A stretch of DNA of 64,000 nt, taken from positions 19,099,260-19,163,259 of the forward strand of contig NC_069005.1 in NCBI RefSeq assembly GCF_001194135.2, given 5' to 3'. Source of the DNA: Octopus bimaculoides (taxonomy: Eukaryota). Both the position numbers and the translations under genes were made by a program. Position 1 is the stretch's first letter. Each line of letters begins with the position of its first letter. The notes beneath the pieces are model-generated. The model worked only from the letters and a program-made list of their open reading frames with translations, searched no databases and was not told the DNA's origin. Below are positions 37,862 through 51,106 of the stretch, one piece after another.

Positions 37862-38951
37862 ATATAGAGCAAGGTTTCTCATATTGGATATAAATGTACT
37901 CTCAGGGGCACCCATGAGAAAATGCTGGGGTTTACTAGGTTTATTTTATTGACCCTGGATTGATGAAAGCAAGTTAACCACAGCGAGATTTGAACTCTCT
38001 AAATCAATAACAAATAATACATAATCATTGTATGTTGTATAGTGTCCAACCATTTCAGATTATGTTTTCCATGAGATGTGCCATCATCACCAGGCATGAT
38101 GAAGGTGTCTGCTAGCAGAAAATGATTGATATAGGGGTTTATTGATCTGTTTTTAGTGCCAGAAACACAGTTTCTCTGATAGAAAATGTCCTTGGGCTTT
38201 CAGTTTGAGACTGTCTAAAGATATGAAACTAACAGGAACTTTGTTATGTATATCAAAGTATCAGTCTATAAATTGTTGTGCATTTTGATCTTTGGCCCAG
38301 ATTTAATGTTTAGTCATTAGGCTATAGCCATGCTGGGGCACCACCTTGAAGAATTTTTAGTCGAATGACCTAACCCTAGTACTTTTTCTATTGAAAGCCT
38401 GGTACTTATTCTATCAGTTTCTTTTACTGAACTATTACGTTACGAGGATGTAAACACATAAAAACTGGTTGTCAAGCAGTGGTGGAGGACAAACTCACAC
38501 ACACACACATCAGTTTCTGCCTACAAAATCTATTCCTGAGACTTTGATCAACCTGAGGCTGTAGTGGAAGACACTTGTTGAAGGTGCCATGCAACGGGAC
38601 CAAGCTCAGGAATATGTGGTTGGGAAGCAAACTTCTTACCACACAGCCACTACTGTGCCTGGTTTTGCTTATTTATATATTTTATTTGTTTGACTCTTTA
38701 GCATTGAAGTTACCCTGTCAAACAATGTCTGTTTTTACACATTACTTTGAATTAACCATGAGTTACCTCATAGCATTGAGATTTCAATGATGTGATCATT
38801 TGTTTTTAGAATGACATTGTTGGATAGCTGTGAGAAGCCAGATATGGCCAGCTTAAATACTTAAGGATCAAGATGCTTGAGGTGTGGCATAAGCTTTAGA
38901 TTGAGCTTTCCTTTGTTGCAAATAAAGCCTTTTGTGTCACTTGTTACACCT

Positions 38952-38985
<34 letters not shown>

Positions 38986-40149
38986 GTTACACCTATATAT
39001 ACATACATGCAACATGTGTTGAATATTTTTTTCAGACTTTTGAAAGTTTTGATTATAAAACAGCAACAGTCAATATTTAACAGATTGAAGATTTTTTTTT
39101 TTTTTTTGAGCAATTAAATTTTATTTTATGGGTTAGTCAAGGGGAGGTGTGGCTCTGCTAGTGCCCCACCTAAAGTTTAATCAGTTACACTTATCATCAT
39201 CATCATACATCTATTGTCCATGCTAGCATAGGTTAGACAGGATCCAGTGAGTTGTTGGATTGCATGGTTTCTATGACTGGATTCCATTCCTAATGCTAAC
39301 CACTTTACAGCATGTTGTTTTTCTTTTTTTTTTTTTTTTGTTTTACCTTACCAGCAGTAGTGAGTAGGACTATAGTAAAGAAAGAGGCAGCTTTCTATTG
39401 GAAGATAAAGGGTTAAAATATAAAATACAGGGCCAGAACAGAACAGATTTCTTGCAGTAGAGTAGCTCTGCAGCTACTCACATTACAGTAGAGAGTATGA
39501 GAGGGAGATGTGACAGCTGCTTCTAGCAAACTTGTAATGACACCTTTGCTGGATTGCACAAAAAAGTGTTTTTCTGTGACATTTTTTTTTCTTTAATTTC
39601 CCATCTGTTGTCATATAAAGTTTTAAACTATTCATGTATGCGTTAAAGGTAGCCTGCTTTAAACTGAGTCACTGGGTAGGTTGTGTTGCTAACCGACCAA
39701 TTGATTTCATTCTGCACAGTCTATTTCATATAAGTGTCACTCTTCTGATGGCTTTCCCTTCCAGAAAAAGGTGTATTCACTGCTAGTTTTATTTTATTAA
39801 GGACCACAATGTCACTATCTGAGAGTGCTAGCTTCCTAGAGATCAGTGCTATCCTTCATTCCAATTGAAGAATGATTTTGATTTGACAGCAGGAGTTTAA
39901 ATGTTCCAAAAGCCAAATTTCGAGAATTGTTTGTCATCTGCAAAAAAAGTTACTCCTTCTTTATATGGGGAGGCAACCAAAGAAACTGAGACAGGCACTT
40001 TGATACCCCAGTTTTAGTTGCTCCCAATGCAGAGTGAGCAGAAGAGATTCTAGAAAAGACTGCTCAGACTCTACTGCCAAACAACACTTCTGTCTTTGGT
40101 CCAAATGTTTGATGAGCATCACATAATTGCTACCTCTGTGCTGTTTACT

Positions 40150-42510
40150 GACTTCTGAAGGTTACAGTCCTGTCTTGATTGCTTAAGGGCTTTGCAGGAA
40201 GTAAGGAATTTAGTGGATGCCTGTGCATGACTTTAAGTGTGAAGAAGTTGCTGTAGATCAGTAATCACACTGAATTGCTATGAATCCGAGACAACTGGAT
40301 GTTGTAAACTGTCACAGCTATTGAAAGTATAGAATCCACCTCTCCCTGCTCCACCGGCTTTGAATTTCACTGTACCTCTGGTATTAGCATTCACTCAAGA
40401 TGCTGCTTTCAGACTTTGGAAGGGCAACAGTGACTTCAATGGCTCTTTCACAGTTTCGCTCTAGAGAGTATTCTGCCCTATGCCCATTCATTGATGTATT
40501 TGCACTTTGCAGACACAGAAGTTAAAACGGATTTTGATTTAAACTTAGTATTTGCTGCGTCCAGAAAACCAAAACAAGACAGAATCATGTTGCTGTCAAA
40601 GAGTCTAACTTTTGGAATGGTACCATTGGAAAGGAGTGCAAGAAAAGGTTAAATCAAATGCCAATCTACCCATCACTAAACATTGGGGGTACAAGTTAGT
40701 CATCACATATTGTTTCAACAATTAAACAAATAGAAAGGTTTCTGGTGGCATCAAGATCAGAGTACTAGTATATTATTGACTACATCAGTATTTGAGCCTG
40801 TGGTAACAAGGCTGTTCACTGACATTTTAGTAAACAGACCATCAAAGTGTGAGTAGAAAGGAAAGCTTGTTAGCAAGTAACTGTAACAGTCCATGAACAG
40901 ACACATGCAACCATGACCAGTTATTGGTAGACAAATAAAAGCACATTTGAGAAACCAGCTGCCATACATAAAAGGTTTCTTAAGCACAACTAATGTCATC
41001 TATGGTCCCTGTACAACAGGTTCAATACCAGTTAGATCAAAAGATGATGCCAAACTTATAAAGGAACAAACAGCTGTCAACAACTGATGGAAATAACGTT
41101 TCATAGGTCTGCTTAATTGCAACAGAAGTTAATGGATCTCCAGACAACAGCACACTAAGTTGAATGATGAATAATTTTAGCTGCTCTGTCTGATGTTGCA
41201 AACACTAAAATATTTTCTGTTCCTTAGAAAAACAAGGCATTTGGGTCCAATAAGATACTGGCTGAGATGTATAAAGTTGGAAATGTATTACTTTTGTTAA
41301 TCTGGATGTGAAAAGAGGTACTAAGTGCTCTTGGAGATGCAACTATTTTTATCATCACAAGGAGATCTTTTGGGCCATAGCAATTATAGAAGAATCTTGC
41401 TTTGTGGCAACTGTTGGAAGAAATTCTAACTATGGTTGCTCAACCAACTCTTCTCTTATTAGAACCTTGCCCGCCTTTATCTTGATCTGCTTTTCAATTT
41501 TTCAGAGGCACTTTTGATATTTGAATTTGCCAGTTCCAGGAGTAATACAGTATCAACAAACACTTGTTGGGCATGGGTTTCTTCTGACCTCACCAAGGTA
41601 TTTAATTCCATGAATCATAAAACTCTGTGAGAAGTGCTAGCCAAACTTTGTTGCCCACAAAAATTCATTGCAATCACACAGCTTCTACATTACCTGGAAA
41701 CTGAGGTGCATCGTTTCCACAGCAGATTAGTTTGTTGTGTGAACTGGAGTAAGGTAGGAGTACATAATTAGCGCAATGCTGTTTTTCATTTTTGCCTCAG
41801 TTGTGCTTACATTCGGCTTGGAAAAACTCCCACCTGACACCCAGATCCTATATTGCACAGATGAACAAGCTAGTCAACTCTGGCAGAACTCTGAATCAGA
41901 ACAAATGCCACAACTCTGTCAGTATTTGAACTTTAATACACATATAATATTACACACAATTTCTGACGTTTTCGTTGATGCATATCAGAGCTTATGTTTA
42001 ACTTTTAACATAAAACAAAGGTCTTACATAAAGCAGAAATCCAGTCCAACTTTTCAGGTATGTGAGCAGGCAACGGAGAATGTCTTGTACTCCCAATATC
42101 TGTGATTGGTTGTCACCTGTCACAGAACACATATTAATGGGAGGATTCAACAAGATAAAATGTGCCAGCACAACCTTTGGCTTTCTGAGAAAACAGGTAT
42201 TTGAGGACCATAAGACCTGAGATAACAAAACTTAGGTAGTTGCTATACCCATAAGACTTGAGATAACAAAACTTAGGCAGTTGCTAAACAAGTTACATGG
42301 GACATTTACATAAGTTGGAAATAGAGCATCTGAAGTGTCTGGGAGAAATTATATACATCCAGTGGAGGGAGGAATGTTTATTGATAGAGAATGCCATTCT
42401 GTTTAAACAGGCCAGTATCTCTTGTATTGAACCATGATTTTGCTCTCATCTGAATAAAGAAAAGCACACTGAAGGGGGACCAAAGACGCAATTTGAATGA
42501 GTGGCAAATA
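40150..42510 (+). mobile_element. Near full-length, heavily decayed RTE (BovB-like) ORF2: APE endonuclease, linker and RT
   Basis: In order: DRIMLL..WNGTIGK, IIDYI..TDH, IYGP, KNKAFG..AEMYK, SNYRRI, DLTKVFN..KLCCPQKFI, TGVR*E..LFFIF, CASTTFGFLRKQVF, HLKCLGEIIYIQWRE. Confidence 0.8.
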
Positions 42511-43137
42511 ATCAATGTGAGTGCATGATTTGGCAAAATTACTTGAGACTTGGATTAGAATTCCTCTCTGTTTATCCCTACTCTCTGCATTCTAAGTTCA
42601 AATTATACCAAGATCAACTGTGCCTTCATCCTTTCAGGGTTGATAAAATAAAGTTGCATAGAAGGTTGGTAGAATTGTAAGAGTATGTTCACGGATAACT
42701 TGTTTCAGCTACTCTTTGCATTGTGCTTTCAAACTCTGCTGTGGTTTTACTTGGATGATGGAGATTAATCCTGCATCCTGTTTAACACCATCATCTCACC
42801 TTTGGGTGTCTTTAGCAGATTTTACTCTGTTGTGAACTTTTTGGCTAGGTGTCCAGTTTGAGGGTACTTTCTCTTCCTTCTACCAGTTTTGCAGATCCTG
42901 AAATGGGTCAGGGACATTGCCTTCTCTCTTGACTAATAGAGACACTGACGGAAAGACGGGTCTTAATAGAGTTCATGTAGAAACTGAATCCCATTGACAA
43001 ATGTGAGTACAGAAACTAGTGCAAATCAACCAATAGACTTCCTTTTCTACAAAAGCACTTACCAATCCCACTTTGGCCTAATTAGTCAATGGTAGGTCTA
43101 CAGGGCATATCTACACATGTGTTCCTCTACCAACTTT

Positions 43138-43470
43138 GTTTCCTCATAACTTTCAGAAACATGAATATTTTTAAATGAAATTTTCTACAAATACCTTTCA
43201 GATGGTGTAGTTTATTATTATATTGGAATTAAATGTGGAGAAAAAAAAAAAAGAAGTGCACATACATATGCACTAGCACACATAACAATATATTTCGAAA
43301 TTTCAAGTTAGATTTTGTTTGTGCATGTATACTCATGTATGTATGTTTGCACGCCAACATTTTTTTTTTTTTGCCATATTAAATTCTGATATAATCATAA
43401 TCTACACCATCTGAAAGGTTACAAATGTCATCAAAAAATACCCTTTTTTTCTGGAAGTTATGAGGAAACA
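43138..43470. mobile_element. Foldback MITE-like element with about 90-bp inverted arms
   Basis: 43138-43230 is the approximate reverse complement of 43381-43470. A related arm lies at about 15195-15300. Confidence 0.65.
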
Positions 43471-43511
43471 GCTGCTTCATGTGAATTTTCCAAAACTCCT
43501 TTCTCCCTCCA

Positions 43512-43521
43512 NNNNNNNNNN
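43512..43521. other. 10-N assembly gap flanked by a duplicated 115-bp segment
   Basis: 43258-43372 is repeated at 43522-43636. Confidence 0.95.
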
Positions 43522-45099
43522 GCACATACATATGCACTAGCACACATAACAATATATTTCGAAATTTCAAGTTAGATTTTGTTTGTGCATGTATACTCAT
43601 GTATGTATGTTTGCACGCCAACATTTTTTTTTTTTTAAATTATGGGGAAACAAAGTCGATGTGACTCACATGTGTAGGTATGCCGTCTCCAGAAGTTAAA
43701 TCTAGTGAACAATCTCGATCCCAAGAAATTGTTGATGATCTTATTATAGTCGTTATTTTTAATTTTATGATATATTTCTTTGTTTACTTTAAAAACATTA
43801 ATTTATACTGAAATTATTGTTTTAATTTGTTGGAGAAAATGTTTTTTCGTTTGATGTTTAATTTGTACGAAATAGAAATGTACTCGATATTAACTGAACT
43901 GCGAATTATTCCAAGGGAGTTAACTCTATTCCGAATAATGGGGAGTTATGATCCTTTGTCTTTTCAGAAACGAGCACTACGCTCATTGTTCATTGTTCCT
44001 TCTTCGTGTCTTTTCTCTCCCCCTCCCCCCATGTTTATATACATACACACTCACAAACACTCTCAAAAGATACACACACACACTCTCTCTCTACACACAC
44101 ACACACTCTCTCTCTACACACACACACACAAACACACTCGCATCCACACCGCGCTCTCTATTTCATCTTAGACTTTCTGGACTTCTTTCATACCCCAGCT
44201 GCTTCCTCTTTGAACCCCCACCCCTTACACTCCTCTTATGTATACAATTGTCCTCCTCATTTAGTGTCCGTTTTCTATGCTGGCATGGGTAAGTCGTTTT
44301 AACTGGAGCTGGTAAGCCAGGCTCCAGTCTGTTTTGGCTTGATTTCTACAGCTTATGCCTTTCCTAATGCCAACCACTTCACAGAATGAACTAGGAGCCT
44401 CTCACGTGCCACCAGCACGAGTGCCCTTTCATATGTCACTGGCACAAGTGCTTTTCATTGCTATTTCACTTAGCTTCACGTGTCTTCTTAAGCACAGCAA
44501 ATCACCAGAAGTCTCAGTCACTTGTCGCACATCATAATTGTCTTTGATCTGTTTTTCCATGCAAGCATGCACAAGCATGCTTGTATGGTAAGAAGTTTGC
44601 TTTCCAACCACATAGTTTCCAGTTCAGTCCCATTGCATGGCTTATTAACAAATGGATTTGGTTTGGTGGACAGAAACTGAAAGAAGCCTATACACACACA
44701 CTTCACCTCTCCTTTCACAGTCTCACTTATTCACCCCTGCCTCCCCTTCTCATCACATCTTCACCATCTTCTCACTCTCCACTTTCTTCTACCCGAGATA
44801 GTCTTGTTCTGCAAGTTACTTGGTGTACACTTAATAAAGTGGTTGGCATTAGGAAGGGCATCCAGCTGTAGAAACCATACCAAAACAGACAGAAGGGATT
44901 GGTGCAGTCTTCTGACTTGCTACTATTGGAAACTAATCTTAAATGGTGATAATATATAAATGTGTGTGTACAATCCCTTTGCTTTGATGGTGGTTGTAAA
45001 TGACTGTCCTTTATTTCCAAACTTTGGTGAAAACATGTCTGGTCATTGGAAAATATTACCTTGCTTGGAAACAGGTGAAGGTTGGTGACATGAAGGACA

Positions 45100-46470
45100 T
45101 TATTAGGCTGTAGAAAATCTGCTTAGGTGACCAAATTAGCAGTGGCGGAGAATGTATTGTTGCTAGAATTTCAATCGGATGGAAGAAGTTCAGAGAGTTA
45201 TTACTTCTGCTGGCAACAAAAGAACTCTCTCTCTTTCTCTCTCTCTCTCTCTCCCTCTCTCTAAGTGAAAGGCAGCTTATATAATGCATGTGTATGAATG
45301 GCTATAATCTGTGGTAATGAGACATGGATTCTGAGTGCAGAAGACATGTGTAGACTAGAGAGGAATGAAGGTGGTATGCTGTGATGGATATGCAACATCA
45401 GTGTGCATGTATGACAAAGTGCAAATGGGCTGAAGAGGAATTAGATGCAGCATGCAAGGGAGAAGGCTATGCAGGTTTGGACATGTGATGCATATGAATG
45501 AAGACTGCTGTTTAAAGAAGTGTCAGTTGCTTAAAGTAGATGGCAGCTGTGAAAGATGGAGACCCAGGAAAACCTGGAATGAAGTAGTGATGACCAATCT
45601 CAAGATGTTGGTCCCCACAAAGGAGGTGACAATGGATCGAGACCTCTGGCAACATGAGGTTCTAGAGAAGACCTGCCCAACTCAGTGAAACAGAGTTCTA
45701 GAAGCACTGTGTGTTCCATACAACATTAAATTTTTCACATTTTACCACACTCTTCCCTAATAAATCACATTACATATCCCCTTCTCGTCTTCCTCATACT
45801 TCCTCTTTAGTCATGCACTATGCTTATCTCTTCCACCCCACCCTGCAGCCCAATCTTGTCCTTCTTGCCCTGCCCAATGTATCATTGCTATTTTGTTGCC
45901 CCCACCCCTCTATATACCCAGGTTGCACCAGTCACTGCATTATCTCCCTTCCCAAATCTGCATTCAAGTGAACTTCCTATTCACGCACCCTTAATAATGC
46001 TCTACCATCCCATTTATATTCTCATCCCCGTACCTTGAGAATATCCCCTGGCACATCGCTATCATCTCTCTCTCATTCTCTTCCACCCTCACTCTCTCTC
46101 ATTTCTTTATCACTCTCTCTCTCTCTCTTCCCTCCAGCACTGGTAACCATGTATCTCCTCTACAGCTTCTGTCCTTCTGTCATGCTCATAATCTCGTCAC
46201 CATGCACAAAGACACCTCCTTCACTACTCCCCTCCCCCTCAAAGGACCTTTGTCTTGCAAGTTGCATGGTGACCTTGCCAGTGCTGGTGTCATGTCAAAA
46301 GCACCCAGCCCATTCTGTAAAGTGGTTGGTGTTAGGAAGGGCATCCAGCCCTAAAAACTATTCCAAAGCATACACTGGAGCTTGGTGTAGTCCTCTGGTT
46401 TGCCAGCTGCTGTCAAGCCAACCAACCCCCATGCCAGCATGAAAAACGGACAGTAAATGATGATGGTAAT
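45100..46470 (+). mobile_element. RTE LINE 3' end (C-terminal ORF, 3' UTR and tail)
   Basis: GWKKFRELL..KGSLYNACV..NETW..RRLCRFGHVMHM..GSCERWRPRKTWNEVV..DRDLW, followed by a pyrimidine-rich UTR and a GAT tail. Confidence 0.85.
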
Positions 46471-46939
46471 TATATATATGTATCAAAGGGATTCTATAAA
46501 TGACTAGCAGCTCAGCCCAGTTTCACCCGGTCAGAGAACGATGCAAAGAGAAAAATGAAGACATCAGAAAAAAAAAAGAAGTAGTGGACACGAAGTGTTG
46601 TTTGGGCGACGGATCTTGGTAGAAAAAAAAAAGAATGTCAGTCATGGTGAGTTAGTAAGGAGAGCAAAGCAAGGCTGGACTTAAGGAGAACAAGAAATTC
46701 CATAATGAATTTCATTAACTTACAGCTATTTCTGCTATAAGATGCCATCCACTCATAATTGTGTGCTTGTGTCACCTTATAACTTCGTCAGAGTTTGAAG
46801 ATGAACTGCACTTCCTGTTCCTTTGTCATTCATTTAGTTTCATGTTTACACTCTGTACTTGACTCTTTTTTTCTGTAGCATATGTATGTTGAGTTCTGAC
46901 ACCAGGTTTTTAGTATTGCTATGCATACGCTATATATAT

Positions 46940-47650
46940 CCAGGTCTTCCATCACTTACTTGCACTCTTTAATCACACTCCCTTCTCAATATCCTGTCAC
47001 TTGCATTATGGCATTTCAACCTCAAGGGTTATGCCCTGGCACTTGCCACCATCTGTATCTCTCTCTTCCTTTACTCAACCATCTCATTTATATTCTCATC
47101 CCCGTTCCTTGTGAGTATGCCCGGCATTTTGCCACCATCTCTATCCTGCTGCCTCCCACTCTAGCTCCTTCTGCACTTCCCTCGAGTTGAGCAACCATAT
47201 ATTTTCTTTGTGGTAGCACACCTCTTTCTGTCTTCATTCCTGATCTTTCTCTCTCCAACTGAGTAACCTTGTACTTCCTCTACAGCAAGATACCTGTATC
47301 TGTCTCACTATAACCATTTCATCATCACCTCCATTTTTTTTATGTCTTGCAAGTACCTGGTGAACCTGTGAGTGCAGGTGTCACTTAAAAGCACCCGGTC
47401 CACACTGTAAAATGGTTGGTGTTCAGAAGGGCATCCGGCTGTAAAAACCTTGTCAAAACTGACCTCGCTTGTGCTTTTGCCATGTAAAAAGTACTAAGTC
47501 CACTCTGCTGAGTGGTTGGTGTTAGGAAGAGCATCCGGCTGTAAAAATCCTGCCAAAACAGTCACAGAAGTCTGGTGCAGGCTTCGGCCTGGCCGGTTCT
47601 TGTGGTACTGTCCCACCCATGCTAGCATGGAAGACAGGCATTAAACGATG
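46940..47650 (+). mobile_element. RTE-type 3' UTR/tail fragment
   Basis: Homologous to 46000-46470, 56570-57150 and 60300-60620. Confidence 0.7.
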
Positions 47651-47965
47651 TTGATATTGTTGTTTTGATATACATACATACACACATAACGTGTGGCTGC
47701 ACTTATTTATTCATCAAATATCTATATTTTGATTGGTGAGATCTCTAGTTGTCACCTGATATATCTTTTTTTCTTCCTCTCTATCTCTTTCACCTCTAAA
47801 AAAAAATCATTATTATTATTATTATTTGTATTATTACTTTTGTTTACCGTTAGCGTTATTTTTATTGTATGTTATTAGTGTTATTAGTATTGTTATTTAA
47901 ATTTTTAAATTTAAGAGTTTGAGTCATATGAACTTGCAGACACTTTCTCTTTTTTCCCTCATGAC

Positions 47966-47966
<1 letters not shown>

Positions 47967-48031
<65 letters not shown>
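47967..48031. repeat. (CA)n microsatellite
   Basis: Perfect CA run. Confidence 0.95.
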
Positions 48032-48038
<7 letters not shown>

Positions 48039-48139
48039 GTCACTAGTCAAACAGGTCACTGAATTCACTGCAACTTAGGATATGTGAGGTTTTTACTGCT
48101 GTGCATTTTAATGCTTTTGAAAGGTGCTAAATAAGATAG

Positions 48140-48289
48140 ATTCTGGATTTTATGGTATCTTAGTGGTTTCTTTCTCTCTGCTCTCCTCCCCTTTCTCTGT
48201 TTCCTTCTTTCTCCACTCCATTTCTCTCTTTTTCCCTGTTTCTACCTCCCTCTGTCTTGTTCTTCCTCCCTCTGATTTTCTCTGCCTCC

Positions 48290-48337
<48 letters not shown>

Positions 48338-48375
48338 TTCCCCTCACTTTCTCCCCCCCTCTCTCTCTTTCTCTG
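48140..48375. repeat. (CT)n-rich tract
   Basis: Polypyrimidine/CT repeat. Confidence 0.9.
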
Positions 48376-48659
48376 GCTCAATCTACTTTCAACAGACACT
48401 ACCTTCACAAAACAATATGAGCCACTATGTATATGCTCAGTCAGTTAGAAATAGCCAAATCATTCTCGATTCCATTTACCATCCTAAAAAGAAAGCGAAA
48501 AAGGCAACAAAATTTGAATACTGTAGTCTTGGATACACTTATCCAACCAATAACAAAAGATGGGATGGTCATAGGTAGAATTTCTTTTGATCATAGATTT
48601 GTTCATTTAAGACAGTCCTGGGGCTAAGCGACATCTAACACATTTCCAAGTTTCATAAC

Positions 48660-49071
48660 TTATCATTTTCTCATGACATTTATGTTCTTCATTTAGTCAG
48701 AATAAGGGAGCTAGAAATTGACCTGATGGACGTTTTGGGATTGTAATTAATGGTCTGTTGAACTTGCTGGATAAATTCAGGCGTTCTGATGATTTCAGAG
48801 CATTTAGAATGCTTTTTATGCTCTGATACTGGTGATATGTTTCCATCTTCAGTGATATGTTTCCATCTACAAACTTTGTAGATGAAAGATCTGGCAACTT
48901 TAAAAAATTGAGATATTTCTAAATCGCTGTGCTCAGCCTTTATAACCACAATAACAGCATGCCTCTTCATTTCTCAAGTAAGCTGAGGGTTTGCCATTAT
49001 TATTTTCTGAAACAAAGATTATACAGAGTTAGCAAAAAATGCAGCAATGACCCAAAATAGGTTTATCCTCA
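48660..49071 (-). mobile_element. maT/DD37D-type transposase N-terminal fragment
   Basis: MKRHAVIVVIKAEHSDLEISQFFKVARSFIYKV..IRTPEFIQQVQQTI..PKTSIRSI, an HTH-type N-terminus. Runs into a gap. Confidence 0.75.
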
Positions 49072-49457
49072 NNNNNNNNNNNNNNNNNNNNNNNNNNNNN
49101 NNNNNNNNNNNNNNNNNNNNNNNNNNNNNNNNNNNNNNNNNNNNNNNNNNNNNNNNNNNNNNNNNNNNNNNNNNNNNNNNNNNNNNNNNNNNNNNNNNNN
49201 NNNNNNNNNNNNNNNNNNNNNNNNNNNNNNNNNNNNNNNNNNNNNNNNNNNNNNNNNNNNNNNNNNNNNNNNNNNNNNNNNNNNNNNNNNNNNNNNNNNN
49301 NNNNNNNNNNNNNNNNNNNNNNNNNNNNNNNNNNNNNNNNNNNNNNNNNNNNNNNNNNNNNNNNNNNNNNNNNNNNNNNNNNNNNNNNNNNNNNNNNNNN
49401 NNNNNNNNNNNNNNNNNNNNNNNNNNNNNNNNNNNNNNNNNNNNNNNNNNNNNNNNN
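49072..49457. other. Assembly gap
   Basis: N run. Confidence 1.
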
Positions 49458-49496
<39 letters not shown>

Positions 49497-50109
49497 CAGG
49501 CTTCTTCCAGTTTCTGCCTACGAAATCCACTCGCAATGCTATAGCAGAAGACACTTACCCAAGGTGAATCCGGAAGTGGAACTGAGCCTGGAACCATGTG
49601 GTTGGGAAGCAAGCTTCTTACCACACTGCCACATTTTAATTTCATCAATGAATCTGATACAAAACAGTTTACAATCAAATTTAATGGATCTCTATATTTA
49701 TAGACATGAAATTCTCCATCAAGTTGAGTTTGCTCTTTTTCGTGAGTGTGAGTAAGTGGTTATTCTAAGTACAATAATACTTTTATGTCTTTGCAGTTGT
49801 GATAACTTGAGGTTTTGCTTTCTTTACCATTCTTTAATGTGTTGACAGCAACAAGCAACCCTAAGTTAAATATTTTAGTTATTTTCATCAACTCCTCCCA
49901 TTACACAGTTTTTTTTTATGGGGTGAGCTTCAATATTATTTGTTTGTTTATTGATAAGGTCAATGACTTTTTAATTAAATTTCTTTTATATTTTTCAAGA
50001 GGAAGAAAGGGGTGGATACTATCTAGAGCTGTTTATGGTCTCTTAGATGGAAAACTGGGTGATGTTACCATGGTAACTGAACAGTTATATTGCTATATTT
50101 AAATGTGTG

Positions 50110-50320
50110 TGAGCTGGTAGAATCACTAGCACACAGGACAAAATTCTTAGTAGCACTTCTGGCTTTACGTTTTGAGTTCAAATTCCACCGAGGTTGACTT
50201 TGCCTTTCATTCTTTTGGGATTGATGAAATAAGTACCAGTTGAAGATTGGAGTTGGTGTATTCAACTAGCCCCCTCCCACAAAATTTCAGGCTTTGTGCC
50301 TATTGCAGAAAGTAGAAAGG
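50110..50320 (+). mobile_element. tRNA-headed SINE
   Basis: gtgagctggtagaatcactagcac..gagttcaaattccaccgagg..ttgtgccta. Confidence 0.8.
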
Positions 50321-50908
50321 ATATATATTGAATGTGATGACATTTTGCTTGCAAGGAAATTGTTCTTCCCTCATAATGTATGTTATTAACTTGATCTGAC
50401 AGAGATAGTTGCCACACTCTTTTAAATATCTTCTTAACAAGATAAATTGGAAAATGTAGTCCTAAATATAGTGGGAACAATCTTTGATTAGGGGCTGACT
50501 TGGGGCTAAATATGAAGGAATAGAAAATTTAGGTATTTTACTAAATCCTTCCAGGTGGTTTTATTTTTAAAATGAATAGAAAATTGGAAGAGTTGATCTA
50601 TTGCAGCTATGGCTGTGAGAAGTTAGTTTCTGTTGGATCTGATGCTTTTTGTTGGTGTTGTCTCTGCTGTTAATCCTGTGGTCCATGTTTTATGTCTAAC
50701 AAACTTGTGGAGACTTCTTTATGTTCCACTATTTAAGACAAGGATTCAAGACATGGGGTCATGCACTCTAACAGCACATCTTTGCATCCACCATTTGTTG
50801 GTGGTTCCTAACAGATGACACCTTTGCACCATTCAGGTGACAACCATTCAACCCATGGGTATATTTGGATAGTTGTTGCTGGTGAGGGTTTTACAAGATA
50901 TATTTGAA

Positions 50909-51106
50909 TCCTTTAGCAGTTAACAGCCATATCAGACCAAAATATTCTACCTGTTTTCTATTCAAACCAGACCATGGTTTCACACTTATCCTGCAATGCC
51001 ATTTTAAAAATATTAAAATCACATTATCAAAATCTCGAAGCTGTGAGATCATGCAATGTGAATAAGTAAGCATTACAGTAGACATAGTAATCTGACCACT
51101 AAAGAG
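50909..51106. mobile_element. piggyBac-like MITE copy
   Basis: Same family as 1718-2313; ends ctaaagag-TTAA. Confidence 0.65.

Noticed and set aside
43258-43636. Identical 115-bp direct duplication around a 10-N gap
   Set aside because: Typical scaffold-join or haplotype artefact; long reads are needed before treating it as biology.
43679-43811. Plus-strand ORF MPSPEVKSSEQSRSQEIVDDLII..
   Set aside because: No acceptor tract or good donor; it degenerates into T-rich sequence.
46716-46862. CLCHL..EFEDELHFLFLC motif
   Set aside because: It resembles the C-terminal Cys/His motif of CR1/L2-type LINEs and is too short and decayed to call as a gene.
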